Below, one piece after another: positions 7,351 to 17,332 of a stretch of 32,000 nt of DNA. The translations under genes and the position numbers were made by a program. The DNA is taken from positions 4,752-36,751 of the forward strand of contig NC_020305.1 in assembly GCF_000341395.1 (NCBI RefSeq). The letters run 5' to 3'. Each line of letters starts with the position of its first letter. Position 1 is the first letter of the stretch. The notes beneath the pieces are model-generated. The model saw only the letters and a program-made list of their open reading frames with translations. It ran no database searches and was not told where the DNA came from. This DNA comes from Desulfocapsa sulfexigens DSM 10523. Its GTDB lineage: Bacteria > Desulfobacterota > Desulfobulbia > Desulfobulbales > Desulfocapsaceae.

Positions 7351-10035
7351 TTACGACTCGTTCGTATCGTGTGCAGGTTTAAGATTAAACCTGCCATGAT
7401 CGTGTTTGTAACACACTATTTCAGCACGTAATTGATCACCCGCATCAAACTCTTCAAGTAATAACGCGCCAGCATCTTTAAGTTTATTAAATTCAGAAAT
7501 GTGTATCAAGCCAGTGCCTTCAATACCAAATTCAACGAACAGGCCGTATTTCTTTATCCCTGTTACCTGGCAGTCAACTACTCTACCAGGAGGATATTTT
7601 TTTTGTAATGTTTCCGTATCAGAAGTACTACTTGCCTTCTCTTTTAGTTTTTGGACATATTCTTTTGGTTCTGTAATATTGCAAAAATCATGAATTCTCT
7701 CTTCTGCTAATATAGCTTCAGGGTTTGCCAGATAACTATCTTTATATTCTTCTAAGTAAGATAGCAAAACTGAGGCATTATCAACTGATGAAGAGTATGA
7801 CATGTGTCCTTTACCTTTACTCCCAATTAATCTATCTGCTATATCTTCCGCAATGCGTGCATCTTTAAACCATACATCTTCAGAACACGTTGAAAGGTAA
7901 TCTAAATTTATGAGTAAATCCAGATGGACATGTCCAGATGGAGCAATTGAAATAAGGTCATCAATTGAAAATTGATTGATGTTTTGAGACTCAGTTGATA
8001 TACATCCCGCCTTGATTAGTTCAGATATTTCATCAGATAACCTTCTTTCGTCATGCCCATATGCTACTAGTTCATTAATGATTGTCGCGGTTTTATGATA
8101 CCCAAGCATCCCGCTTGGACCTTTAGTTCGATATTTTTTCTTTAACCAAGATAAAACTGACAACCTCGCAAAAGGATCTGGTATTATATCTTCTGGAAAA
8201 GATGCAAAAATATTTTTAACGAGGCTGTTAGCATCATTGTAGTACCTTCTGTTCCCGCGAAAAAGAACCCTGGTAACGATATGCTTTGGTAAAACATAAT
8301 CACCCTTTGCATGCCTTATTTTAAATATCTGGTCTTCATGAATGTGTCCACTTTTGCAAAAATCAAGAAAAATTTCCAACCCTTTTCTGATATTTGACCC
8401 AGCAATTCCTGAAACTATTCGCCTAAAAAGTGCATCATTTTGGAATAGTGAACGCAAAATACAAGCTAAATAATATGCTTGTTCAGATTGTGGATATTCA
8501 ACTCGAAATCCATTTGGAAGAACATAGGACAATGAATTCTCTTTCTCCGTATCCATTTCAGCGAGAGCAAGTTTGACTCTCTTGTAAAGAACATCCATGA
8601 ATAGTGGCGCATCAATTCGGAAGACTAAATCTTTGATGACTGTATCTAGTGGTGGTTCTGTTCTGTGGTGATCATATGTGGTGTCACGGATAGGTAGAAA
8701 TACTAGACATCTACATGTTTTTTGGAGCCATTTCGCTACATCAAACATTAGCAATTGGTCGTCTCGATTCCGTTTGTCACTATTATCAAGTGACACAATT
8801 AATAACTTTTGTCTCTCAGCACAAAAATGGCGAATACATGCATTCATAGTTGCATCTGTATCACCTTGCACTCTGATCAACTCATCCGCCAAAAGGCTTT
8901 TATATTTGTCTGAATACTCGTCAAAATAGGCCCCAGCACCTTTTTTAATTTTATTAAGCTCAACACTATATAATTTTTCTAAAAAAGGTAGACTGTCGAA
9001 ATCAATATCAGCGTTATGGTTCCTGAATTCATTAATTATCTCATTCTCCAACCAAGAATAAATCACCCCTCTTGAAAGAGGTGCCAGATTCATATTAATG
9101 GATATCCACACAGTTGATTCTTTAATTTCTTCAGGTAAGGAGACTTCCCTTAGATAATCAATGAATGTTGATTTTCCGCTCCCAACACCTCCAATAAGAA
9201 CTAATAATTGGTGGTGAAGTTTGTCGTTTGGTGTAAGAGTTCTCAACAGTTCACTTGGGTCTGTCGTTGAAATTTGATGAGCATCTGTGATACTTGGCGG
9301 ATTTGCTGCGCGGATTATTTTGTCAATCGGATCTACATGTCTGAGGCGCCTTGTTGATTTTACATAAGCTTTCTTAACAATGTTTTTTCTTTCCTCCTCT
9401 GATTCAGGGTTGAACAAATGCCGATACTCAAGTGCCAAAGTATTACCAAACGAATTTAGCTTCACTTCCTCATTTCTTACTGATCGTCCTCCTATAATGT
9501 TTGTAGGTCTCTTAAATTGAACATTGCCTCTCAATTTTTTTTGTTCTACATCAGAGAATTTTTCTAAATTTACCTTACAACCAAATGTAATCAATTTTGC
9601 GAGATTTGGATGAGATGCGTCTATTTCAGTATTAGAAATTTCTAGTAATATTGAACTGTCATCCCATGAGCCACAAATTGTACGTAATGAATTCGTTGCG
9701 ATTAATTTCTGACAAGGATTAAAATGAGAAGGAAAAAGTGAATTTATTTCACCTGCATATAGCCTTGCTTCACGAATAGCCTCTTCAAGGTTGTTATCCT
9801 CTGGATGTTTTGCTTCAATTACAAGAACAGGAAGGCCGTGTAAGATAACTATATAGTCCGGATAGTATAGTTTTTTTGCCCTTCCCTTGTCTATTTCAAG
9901 CTGCCTAATATCTGGCTTGGTTCTAAAGTCGCATGAAGAGTATCCTAACCCAACAGGTTGACTATTAGTAAGTAGTGGAAGAATGAACTTCTGCTCGACA
10001 TCGCTTTCATTCTTTATATCTTTCTCAGAAATCAT
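7351..10035 (-). CDS. Large multidomain protein: HsdR N-terminal-like PD-(D/E)XK domain, P-loop NTPase, C-terminal S1 RNA-binding domain
   Basis: 894 aa; YYPDYIVILHGLPVLVIEAKHP (D...ExK), LLVLIGGVGSGKSTFIDYL (Walker A), KLLIVSLDNSDKRNRDDQ (Walker B-like), VVDCQVTGIKKYGLFVEFGIEGTGLIHISEF (S1). Confidence 0.82.
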   Translation of the reverse strand: MISEKDIKNESDVEQKFILPLLTNSQPVGLGYSSCDFRTKPDIRQLEIDKGRAKKLYYPDYIVILHGLPVLVIEAKHPEDNNLEEAIREARLYAGEINSLFPSHFNPCQKLIATNSLRTICGSWDDSSILLEISNTEIDASHPNLAKLITFGCKVNLEKFSDVEQKKLRGNVQFKRPTNIIGGRSVRNEEVKLNSFGNTLALEYRHLFNPESEEERKNIVKKAYVKSTRRLRHVDPIDKIIRAANPPSITDAHQISTTDPSELLRTLTPNDKLHHQLLVLIGGVGSGKSTFIDYLREVSLPEEIKESTVWISINMNLAPLSRGVIYSWLENEIINEFRNHNADIDFDSLPFLEKLYSVELNKIKKGAGAYFDEYSDKYKSLLADELIRVQGDTDATMNACIRHFCAERQKLLIVSLDNSDKRNRDDQLLMFDVAKWLQKTCRCLVFLPIRDTTYDHHRTEPPLDTVIKDLVFRIDAPLFMDVLYKRVKLALAEMDTEKENSLSYVLPNGFRVEYPQSEQAYYLACILRSLFQNDALFRRIVSGIAGSNIRKGLEIFLDFCKSGHIHEDQIFKIRHAKGDYVLPKHIVTRVLFRGNRRYYNDANSLVKNIFASFPEDIIPDPFARLSVLSWLKKKYRTKGPSGMLGYHKTATIINELVAYGHDERRLSDEISELIKAGCISTESQNINQFSIDDLISIAPSGHVHLDLLINLDYLSTCSEDVWFKDARIAEDIADRLIGSKGKGHMSYSSSVDNASVLLSYLEEYKDSYLANPEAILAEERIHDFCNITEPKEYVQKLKEKASSTSDTETLQKKYPPGRVVDCQVTGIKKYGLFVEFGIEGTGLIHISEFNKLKDAGALLLEEFDAGDQLRAEIVCYKHDHGRFNLKPAHDTNES

Positions 10036-10258
10036 TCAATTTCCCTCGATTAAGCCTATTAATTGTTCATTTGGCAGTTTCAAAGTATACTAGCAATACA
10101 GTCATATCCATATATTCACATACATATGCCACAACATTCGAAGTCAACATATTTCCAACTCTCTATTTTAATCCAAAACAAAGATATTGAGGATATAGAC
10201 TGAGTTGGTAATACGGAAATAATGAATTAATTATTCCACTAGTTACATATTCAAACAT

Positions 10259-11554
10259 TTAAACATCCTCCCCCAGCCGCTCCCCAATAAAAACAGCTAA
10301 CATCCCCTCAACCATTCCAGGGGTCACCCCTGCCTCATCATATCGTTTCAGCACAATCGTGTTGCCGGTCGCCACTAGGTTCTCGCGGAATTCAGCCAAA
10401 AAAGCTTCTCTCTCCCCTTCCCCCATGGATTCATACCGTGACATGGCAAGTTCCTGTTTCTGCCTTTTTTCGGCTTCCTGGCCATCTTCCTGCTGTTTTT
10501 TAGCTATCCTCTCCTGGATAACAGCTTTTTGCTGTACTTCATACTCCACTTCAATAATTGATTCCTGCGGCTTCCATCCCTCTTCAATGGCCTTCCTGGC
10601 AATGCCTCCGACACTCTCCACCTTCTGGCCGCGCTTTCGCACCTTGTTTATATATTCTCTTGCCATCTGCAAGGCCGCCTTAATGTGATCATGGCCGTAC
10701 TCTTCCACCAGCTCCTGTGCTTTTTTCTCGGGAGAAATACCGAACTCCATGATCAGAATATCTTCCATGGAGGTCTGCCCTCCCCTGTCACTTATTCCTG
10801 GAAGCTCCATCTGCTGATAGCGTTTATTTTTGCTCCAGGTAAACTCAATCTCCTGTACCTTCCGTCCCTTCTTGATCTGGATAAAATCAAATTGAACATC
10901 GGTCTTGGCGGCTATATCCTTTTTGGCTGGCAACAGAACTTTTGATTTAAAATGACCAAACAGCCGGTATGTTCCTTCGGGAATGGCCAGATATTCACGG
11001 AGCCAGGAAAGCTCAACTCTTGCAGATTTGCGGTGATCCACATTGGCAAGCCCCTGGTTGTACTTGATGAACTGATAAATTCGCAGGGAGTAGTGATTTC
11101 TTAGACGAATGACCGCCCTTGCTTCTCCAAGGGTGGTGAAATTACCTTTCAGGGCAAGAAGAAACGGTTTGAGGGTCGGGTCAAAGCGTAATTCAACACA
11201 CCCTTTCCCTGGGATAATAGAGGCGGAAGAGCACCAGGTGGTTTTGTCGATCCGGCCATCTGCCTTTTCATCCGGATTGATCCAGCGAATAACCTTCTTC
11301 AGCAGCCCTTCTGTGGCCTCATCAAAACGAGCATAGAGATCATTGCGGCTGCCCCCCATGATATTGCAGAGTTCCCTGATGGATATCCGGTAGGGCTTGA
11401 AATCCTTATCACCTCGTTGGATCAGCGACAGCATATAGAGCACCAACCGCTGTTCGTTAATCTTCAATTGCGGCCATTGTGCTTCTATGAGCAGATCATT
11501 AGAGGCAGCTATCAGACCACCGCCCTCTTCCTTTTTGATCACCTCGTCAGTCAA
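10259..11554 (-). CDS. Rep_3/RepB-type plasmid replication initiator
   Basis: 431 aa; NDLLIEAQWPQLKINEQRLVLYMLSLI, RISIRELCNIMG, RLRNHYSLRIYQFIKYN, FDFIQIKKGRKVQEIEFTW; iterons lie directly upstream. Confidence 0.88.
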   Translation of the reverse strand: MTDEVIKKEEGGGLIAASNDLLIEAQWPQLKINEQRLVLYMLSLIQRGDKDFKPYRISIRELCNIMGGSRNDLYARFDEATEGLLKKVIRWINPDEKADGRIDKTTWCSSASIIPGKGCVELRFDPTLKPFLLALKGNFTTLGEARAVIRLRNHYSLRIYQFIKYNQGLANVDHRKSARVELSWLREYLAIPEGTYRLFGHFKSKVLLPAKKDIAAKTDVQFDFIQIKKGRKVQEIEFTWSKNKRYQQMELPGISDRGGQTSMEDILIMEFGISPEKKAQELVEEYGHDHIKAALQMAREYINKVRKRGQKVESVGGIARKAIEEGWKPQESIIEVEYEVQQKAVIQERIAKKQQEDGQEAEKRQKQELAMSRYESMGEGEREAFLAEFRENLVATGNTIVLKRYDEAGVTPGMVEGMLAVFIGERLGEDV

Positions 11555-11631
11555 AGCAATACACCCTATTTACTTGTTAATTGTATGATTCTACTGTATC
11601 AGTAACACTTAAATACCGATGCTATCACCTG

Positions 11632-11957
11632 TCAAGAAAATAGTGATAGTTAGTTTCTGCACATCCGAGAATGGTGATAGTTAAGAAAGAATCAGGGAGT
11701 AATTACCCTCCAATCATTACGCTAATGGGCACATCCGAGAATGGTGATAGTTCATCCGAATTCGGTGATAGTTGAGAAAGAGTAAAGCAAACAATGCCCC
11801 TGTAACCCTTACTGGCAAGTACTTTACTGCCTATGTGTTCTCAATATCCATTCCCCCGAGAATAGTGATAGTTCATCCGAGAATGGTGATAATAACTCCG
11901 AGTTTAGTGATAGTTCATCCGAGTTTGGTGATAGTTAGTCCGAGAATGGTGATAGTT
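11632..11957. repeat. Iteron array and probable origin of replication; ~20-bp unit atccgagaatggtgatagtt
   Basis: Unit starts at 11632 (degenerate), 11663, 11733, 11754, 11854, 11875, 11896, 11917 and 11938. The last five are spaced at exactly 21 bp, and 11733/11754 also are. Located upstream of rep and next to an AT-rich stretch (11960-12110). Confidence 0.9.
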
Positions 11958-12106
11958 TGAGCAAAATATTCTTTATTTTTCATGTAATTACGTCACCTGT
12001 AATAACAACAAATAATACAAATATAAAAACAACAACATGGTCGGCAAGCCGCCCGCTCTTTTTGCTGTCTGTTTTTTTATTTTTATAAATCAACAAAGGA
12101 GAGACA

Positions 12107-12328
12107 ATGGGACCACTAGGGGAACAATGTAAAAGGTGCTATTTCTTTGAAGAAGATGATTCAAGTAAAGTGTTTGGTCTGGGAGTGTGTATGAGGTTTC
12201 CTCCAGCAACACCCCCAGAAAATGATTTACGTCGTCCTGATGAGCCTGAAGTAGGAAGACATCCCTGGCGGCCAACAGTTGTACATAGGGAGAGGTGGTG
12301 TGGCGAATACAAAATTGGTGATAAATGA
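12107..12328 (+). CDS. Small four-cysteine protein of unknown function
   Basis: 73 aa, QCKRCYFFE...GVCMRFPP...WCGEYK; metal-binding-like cysteine spacing. Confidence 0.55.
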   Translation: MGPLGEQCKRCYFFEEDDSSKVFGLGVCMRFPPATPPENDLRRPDEPEVGRHPWRPTVVHRERWCGEYKIGDK

Positions 12329-12346
12329 TAATCTTGAACAGTATAG

Positions 12347-12865
12347 TCAATTAGTCCATCTCAGAACCTTCTTTCCCTGAGTAATAACATTCTCCAGCTT
12401 GAAGGAATCAGATCCAGCGCACCAGTCATGAGTTTTCTTCCCCCCGTTATATCCATCAACAGCCAGGCCATTCTTCACCAGGATGGCCCCCAGGTCTTTC
12501 CCGTCAAATTCTACGTCGGCAATGATCCTGAAATACTTCCCCCGGCCAACTTTGTGGAGATTGATCTGTTTTGCTGACCTAAGCAGAGAGCGAACCATTT
12601 TTTTAGCCTGTCGGGCTTTTTCCAGTTCAGCCGGACATCCTGCTTTCATTTCTGGAGTATCGATCCCCCTGATCCGGATCATCATGTCGCTACCTATGAT
12701 AGGATGAACTCCTGGAATGTTTACGGTGATAGTATCCCCATCATAGTTTTTCACATAATGTACGCCTTTAAAACTACCGTAAGTGTGATCCTTTTTTGCT
12801 CCGTTAACACTTATTGGTAGAAAAACGAGGGCTAATAGAAAACAAACAAACTTTACTGTGCGCAT
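12347..12865 (-). CDS. Secreted thermonuclease-like (SNase-fold) nuclease
   Basis: N-terminal signal peptide MRTVKFVCFLLALVFLPISVNG; YDGDTITVNIPG, RIRGIDTPE, GRGKYFRIIADVEFDGKDLGAILVKNGLA. Confidence 0.88.
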   Translation of the reverse strand: MRTVKFVCFLLALVFLPISVNGAKKDHTYGSFKGVHYVKNYDGDTITVNIPGVHPIIGSDMMIRIRGIDTPEMKAGCPAELEKARQAKKMVRSLLRSAKQINLHKVGRGKYFRIIADVEFDGKDLGAILVKNGLAVDGYNGGKKTHDWCAGSDSFKLENVITQGKKVLRWTN

Positions 12866-12922
12866 ATATTATGTTACCATTTTAGTATAGATGTTTTAAA
12901 AAACCATCAAGAAGGGGCTCAA

Positions 12923-13360
12923 ATGAGACATTACAGCACGATTCTAAGGGAAGAAAGGGAAAAAGCCGATTTGTCACGAAGGGCTGTAGCGAAGGTTGCA
13001 GGTATCTCCGAGGGGCACTTGCGTTTTCTGGAAAGAGGGGATCGGGATACAAAACCGGCAACTCTTCGTAAGTTGGCCCTGGCTATCGGCATAGATGAGC
13101 GGGAGTTGATGGAGTCCTGGTTAAAGGAAAATATGCCGGCAATGGATTATTCCGATCTGGCTGCACGTCTTCCAAAAGGAATTGATGTGGCCCAGCTCGA
13201 AGAAATGTATCAGATTCCGGAGGCAAAACAGATTCTTCAGGAAGCGGAGCTGATCACGGCGAGTCAATTCAAGAATATCAGTGCCTCTGAGTTGTTCAGG
13301 ATCCGAGGGGCTCTCCGCAACTGCCTTGGTTTTATCCGTGAACTTGAGAACAACACGTAA
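12923..13360 (+). CDS. XRE-family HTH regulator
   Basis: REEREKADLSRRAVAKVAGISEGHLRFLERGDRDTKPATLRKLALAIGID. Confidence 0.85.
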   Translation: MRHYSTILREEREKADLSRRAVAKVAGISEGHLRFLERGDRDTKPATLRKLALAIGIDERELMESWLKENMPAMDYSDLAARLPKGIDVAQLEEMYQIPEAKQILQEAELITASQFKNISASELFRIRGALRNCLGFIRELENNT

Positions 13361-13474
13361 TAATTGATATTATTCTTGTTTGAAATGTATCATTATGTTA
13401 GGAAAAAGTTTGAATAAAGTGGCGTCCACATATAAGATATTGGAAGTCATTTTCATTGAAATGGAGAATTTTGA

Positions 13475-13735
13475 ATGAGTCAGGCATCGTCCCAGACAAA
13501 TTTTTGGGAACTTTTTATACGGCTGGAATTTAATGAAAGCGAAAGGCCCAAAGAAGGGTGGAAGGTTTTGGAGAGGACCCCTCAGGGCTTGAAGGAAATA
13601 ACAACCCGTCGCAACAAGGCCGTTAAGTTTAAACAGATAAAGGATCTATTCGCCTGGATCAAGGAAAACAGAACAGGGTATGCGGTCAATGTTAATTGCT
13701 TCGATTACGGAGGGCGGTTAACCCTTCGGCAATAA
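13475..13735 (+). CDS. Hypothetical protein
   Basis: 86-aa ORF in the tight gap between the regulator and the primase, same strand. Confidence 0.5.
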   Translation: MSQASSQTNFWELFIRLEFNESERPKEGWKVLERTPQGLKEITTRRNKAVKFKQIKDLFAWIKENRTGYAVNVNCFDYGGRLTLRQ

Positions 13736-13781
13736 AGAGAGGGGTGGTTGCTGGAACAACCACCCCTCTGAGGTTGTTCGA

Positions 13782-16760
13782 ATGAATGATTTTGAAGAGA
13801 TCAAGCGGGCTGCTGATCTAAAAGCAATCATTTTATCCGAAACGGGTCTCCAGATGGGAAAAAACCATCTGGAGTCATGTCCGTTTTGTGACGGCCATGA
13901 TTGCTTCAGTATAAACACGAAGAAGGAGCAGTACAAGTGTTTTCAGTGTGACACTGGCGGAGACATCTTTGATTTTATAGCAAAATATCATGGTGTTACT
14001 GAGCGTGAAGCCCTTCTCAAAGCTGCGGATCTGGTCGGCCACACCCTCTCTCAACACAAAAAGTCCGCAAGACTGAGCAAAAACGATAAACTTTTGCTCT
14101 CGGCTGCAGAATATTATCATCACCACATGCTGACCAACGGTGCCAAAAAGTACCTGATGGATCAGCGCGGCCATTCCATGGAAACCCTGGAACGTATGAA
14201 GGTGGGGTGGACTGATGGTAAGTTGCTTTTCAACCTGCAGGAACAGGGATTCACAATCGATGAAATCCTGGAATCAGGGCTGGCCCGGGCTGATAAAAAG
14301 AACCCCGGTCGCCACTATGATTTTTTCGGAAAAGGGCTGGCAATCTTCCCTCACTTCGAGAATGGCCGAGCCCTTCACTTCACCATTAAAGATCCCGAGA
14401 AAAAGCGGCCTTCCTACCAGCTCCCCGCAACACAGCGTCACAAGAAGTGGCGATTCTACAACCAGGATGCCCTTTTCAGATATGATGAATTGATTCTGGT
14501 TGAAGGGGAAAACGACACCCTTTCTGTCCTCGATTCAGGTGTCCGCCAGGTCATAGGGATGACTGGCCAGATATCGGAAGAGCAGATAAAGAGCCTGGCT
14601 GCACACTGCAAGAGCAAAAAACATCTCTACCTCTGGATGGACAACGACTTTGACCACTCAAAGCCGTATACAAAAGGGTATGGCTATATTCGCAAAATCT
14701 CCGAAAGCCTGCCGGGGGTTAATATCCGTATCTTTGTTTATCCTGGAAATTTCAATGATCCGGACGAATACCTGCAGCACCTCGCAAGAGACAAGCGCCG
14801 CAATGCAATCTGCCAGCTCCGCATAGAATCGGTTGATTATATCACCTGGGAAATTCTCCAGGCCGAAGCCAAAGCAACATTGGAAGATAAGGTTGAACAC
14901 CTCAATCAGTTCAACCTCTTTCAGCAGATCAGCCAGCGCTCCCACATCGAGCAACAGGTTTATATCGAGAAACTTGAGGAGTTGGGCCTCAACCTGAAAT
15001 CAATCCATCAGGAACTGGAAACCGGTGGCGGTCTTCGCCAGCGGATCACAGAATATCTGGAAAACCTCAATAGCAAACGGGATGCAAATCCAAACAGTAT
15101 TGCCGATCTGATCCACGATCATTTCAGCGATGGTGGTCGTTTTTTCAGGGATGATGACGACAAGGTTTATCTGATGTGGCATCACAATATCTATGAAGTG
15201 TCCACCAATCGTCCCTTCAATGCCCTTATCAAAAGAGAAACAGGGTTATTACCCACGGAGCAGCCGGGCCGCTCTGTCTGGGAGTCCCTTGCTTCAGAAG
15301 GGTATAATTCGGGACGGAAAATTGATCTCGGTGGGTGGTTGCACACGGATCGCGGTGCCGATACGGTTTATATCAACCTCAACAGCTCCAATAATATCAT
15401 CATAAAGATCACGCCGACGGCTATCGAAGAGATCCAGAATGGATTGAACCAGGATCATATTCTTTTGCAGAGTTCCAGCAAAATAAAACCATTCAACTAC
15501 CTGCCGGAAACAACTATTGAGGAGGCTGTCTCCGAATTGCGGAAGCTGCTTTTCGATAATCTCTCCTGCGAAACTACCCAAAAGTATCTCCTGCTCTGCT
15601 GGTTTATTTCAACTTTTGTTTCTGATTTCAGTCCCCATGTGGCCCCATTGCTGAAAGCTGCAGGGGAAACCGCCTCCGGCAAGACCACCGCTGCCAGGCT
15701 TCTCGAGTATCTTCTCTATGGTGATGAGCACCTGGGTGAAATATCCGTTGCTGGTGCCTATGCGGACGCCAGCCAGAACCCCATGCTGGTGATTGATAAC
15801 CTTGAAAATCAGGACATCAAACAGGAAATGCTCAAATTTCTACTTCTGGTGGCGACCAGGGGGAGCAAGGTCAAGAGGAAGGGCGGTACAGAATCTGGAG
15901 TTACCGAAGAGAGTCCGAAAGCCCTGGTCATGGTGACGGCCATCGAACCCTTTGTTAAATCCGAGCTCATAAACCGGACATTTGAAATCAGCTTTGCCAA
16001 ACAATATCACAATGAAGGGTTTATTGATGATGAAGTGACCCGGCAGATCCTCAAAAAACGAGACATCATTCTTTCCGGTCTGCTCAAGCTCATTCAAAAA
16101 GAAATCCTGCCCAACCTGAAAAAGAGAACTGCCTATATTACAGCCCTGAATGTCGATCATAAAGGCCACAGCAAGGATAGAATGAACGCTTATCTGGCCT
16201 TGATGATGCTTATTTTAGATAGAACCCTGAATTATTGGGATGTGGGGCTCCACTTAAAGGCACCTGATATCTGGCACAACTGGATAACCACCCAGGACCA
16301 GTTGGCCCGGGAACATGAAGTCAGCTCAAACGATATTCTAAAGCTGCTTGACGGCCTGATCCGGGAGTACCGGCTCCGGATGAACGAACAGGAACTCCGG
16401 CCCCAATGTGTTTACGGGTATGAGGAAGAAGTTTATCAGTATACCCACCCGGAATACGGCATATCAATCACCAGGACACTCCCTAAATTTATCGATGATA
16501 ACAGGGAACACACAGAGGCCTTTATTGAGTTTGAGGCCACCAGCAAAGATTTGACCTATGCCTTTACCCGTTTTTGCAAGAATAACGGATTGGCCAACCC
16601 CTATTCCTCAGCTGCTATTTTCGGTTCACGACTCAAGAATGACCGGAAATTATTAGTCAAGGGAGGCTGGGAGCTGGTTACAAAGGAGGACAATGGAACC
16701 TATTTCAAGGTTGTCAGAGGTCAAAGATATCTCAGATTTCGGCATCGTCTTATCAGATAA
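13782..16760 (+). CDS. DNA primase (CHC2 zinc finger, TOPRIM) fused to a P-loop ATPase/helicase-like domain
   Basis: CPFCDGHDCFSINTKKEQYKCFQCDTGGDIFDFI zinc finger; ELILVEGENDTLSVLD and YLWMDNDFD TOPRIM motifs; LLKAAGETASGKTTAARLLEYLL Walker A. Confidence 0.9.
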   Translation: MNDFEEIKRAADLKAIILSETGLQMGKNHLESCPFCDGHDCFSINTKKEQYKCFQCDTGGDIFDFIAKYHGVTEREALLKAADLVGHTLSQHKKSARLSKNDKLLLSAAEYYHHHMLTNGAKKYLMDQRGHSMETLERMKVGWTDGKLLFNLQEQGFTIDEILESGLARADKKNPGRHYDFFGKGLAIFPHFENGRALHFTIKDPEKKRPSYQLPATQRHKKWRFYNQDALFRYDELILVEGENDTLSVLDSGVRQVIGMTGQISEEQIKSLAAHCKSKKHLYLWMDNDFDHSKPYTKGYGYIRKISESLPGVNIRIFVYPGNFNDPDEYLQHLARDKRRNAICQLRIESVDYITWEILQAEAKATLEDKVEHLNQFNLFQQISQRSHIEQQVYIEKLEELGLNLKSIHQELETGGGLRQRITEYLENLNSKRDANPNSIADLIHDHFSDGGRFFRDDDDKVYLMWHHNIYEVSTNRPFNALIKRETGLLPTEQPGRSVWESLASEGYNSGRKIDLGGWLHTDRGADTVYINLNSSNNIIIKITPTAIEEIQNGLNQDHILLQSSSKIKPFNYLPETTIEEAVSELRKLLFDNLSCETTQKYLLLCWFISTFVSDFSPHVAPLLKAAGETASGKTTAARLLEYLLYGDEHLGEISVAGAYADASQNPMLVIDNLENQDIKQEMLKFLLLVATRGSKVKRKGGTESGVTEESPKALVMVTAIEPFVKSELINRTFEISFAKQYHNEGFIDDEVTRQILKKRDIILSGLLKLIQKEILPNLKKRTAYITALNVDHKGHSKDRMNAYLALMMLILDRTLNYWDVGLHLKAPDIWHNWITTQDQLAREHEVSSNDILKLLDGLIREYRLRMNEQELRPQCVYGYEEEVYQYTHPEYGISITRTLPKFIDDNREHTEAFIEFEATSKDLTYAFTRFCKNNGLANPYSSAAIFGSRLKNDRKLLVKGGWELVTKEDNGTYFKVVRGQRYLRFRHRLIR

Positions 16761-16861
16761 CAGGAAGGAGTGGTGGTTTGTGTTGCAGGGTCTTTTATTT
16801 TATTATGCAATGTCGCATAATGTTTGAAAGGGGTTGTGATAAGCCACTAAAAGGTGAGTGT

Positions 16862-17172
16862 GGTGCAGGTGAGGGGTGCAAGTCTAGGGCAGGTGCAAGA
16901 TCAAAAAACAAAATCCGGCATTGATCATGGTCGTATTTACCACCATTAAGCAAGAGGGAAAATTTATGGAGCATTTTCTCAGTACCTATGACCCTTGCAC
17001 CACTTTCTTTATAAATATTTTTTATTTTAAAGGGTTAATGATGGTGCAGCCGGGGTGCAGGTTCGGGTGCATCGATGGTGCAGCAGTGGTGCAAGCTCCT
17101 TGGGGTGGTTTCAGTTGCACCACGATAAAACAACACTGTTTCAGTTAGATAGTAACAGGGTGCAAGGGTGCA
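16862..17172. repeat. Dispersed cluster of 12 GGTGCA/TGCACC hexamers
   Basis: GGTGCA at 16862, 16875, 16892, 17043, 17054, 17066, 17077, 17088, 17159, 17167; TGCACC at 16996 and 17116. Confidence 0.7.
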
Positions 17173-17332
17173 GGTAAAGAAGATGCTTTCACAAATTCCA
17201 TTTTAAAGGGGTATTTGCATGATTATTATCATTTATAAGCTAAGAATGATTTAGATGATTCAAATCATTTTTATGAAAAGAATCTTCAGAAAAAAAATTT
17301 TTCTCTATAAATAGGGTGTCTGGAGGCGCAAA

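Noticed and set aside
7351-10035. Reading the 894-aa protein as an ordinary type I restriction HsdR subunit
   Set aside because: Only the N-terminal nuclease-like part matches. No SF2 helicase motifs, no hsdM/hsdS neighbours, and an S1 domain at the C-terminus.
13875-16169. Multiple 60-109-aa minus-strand ORFs inside the primase gene
   Set aside because: Antisense shadows of a long coding region with strong codon structure.
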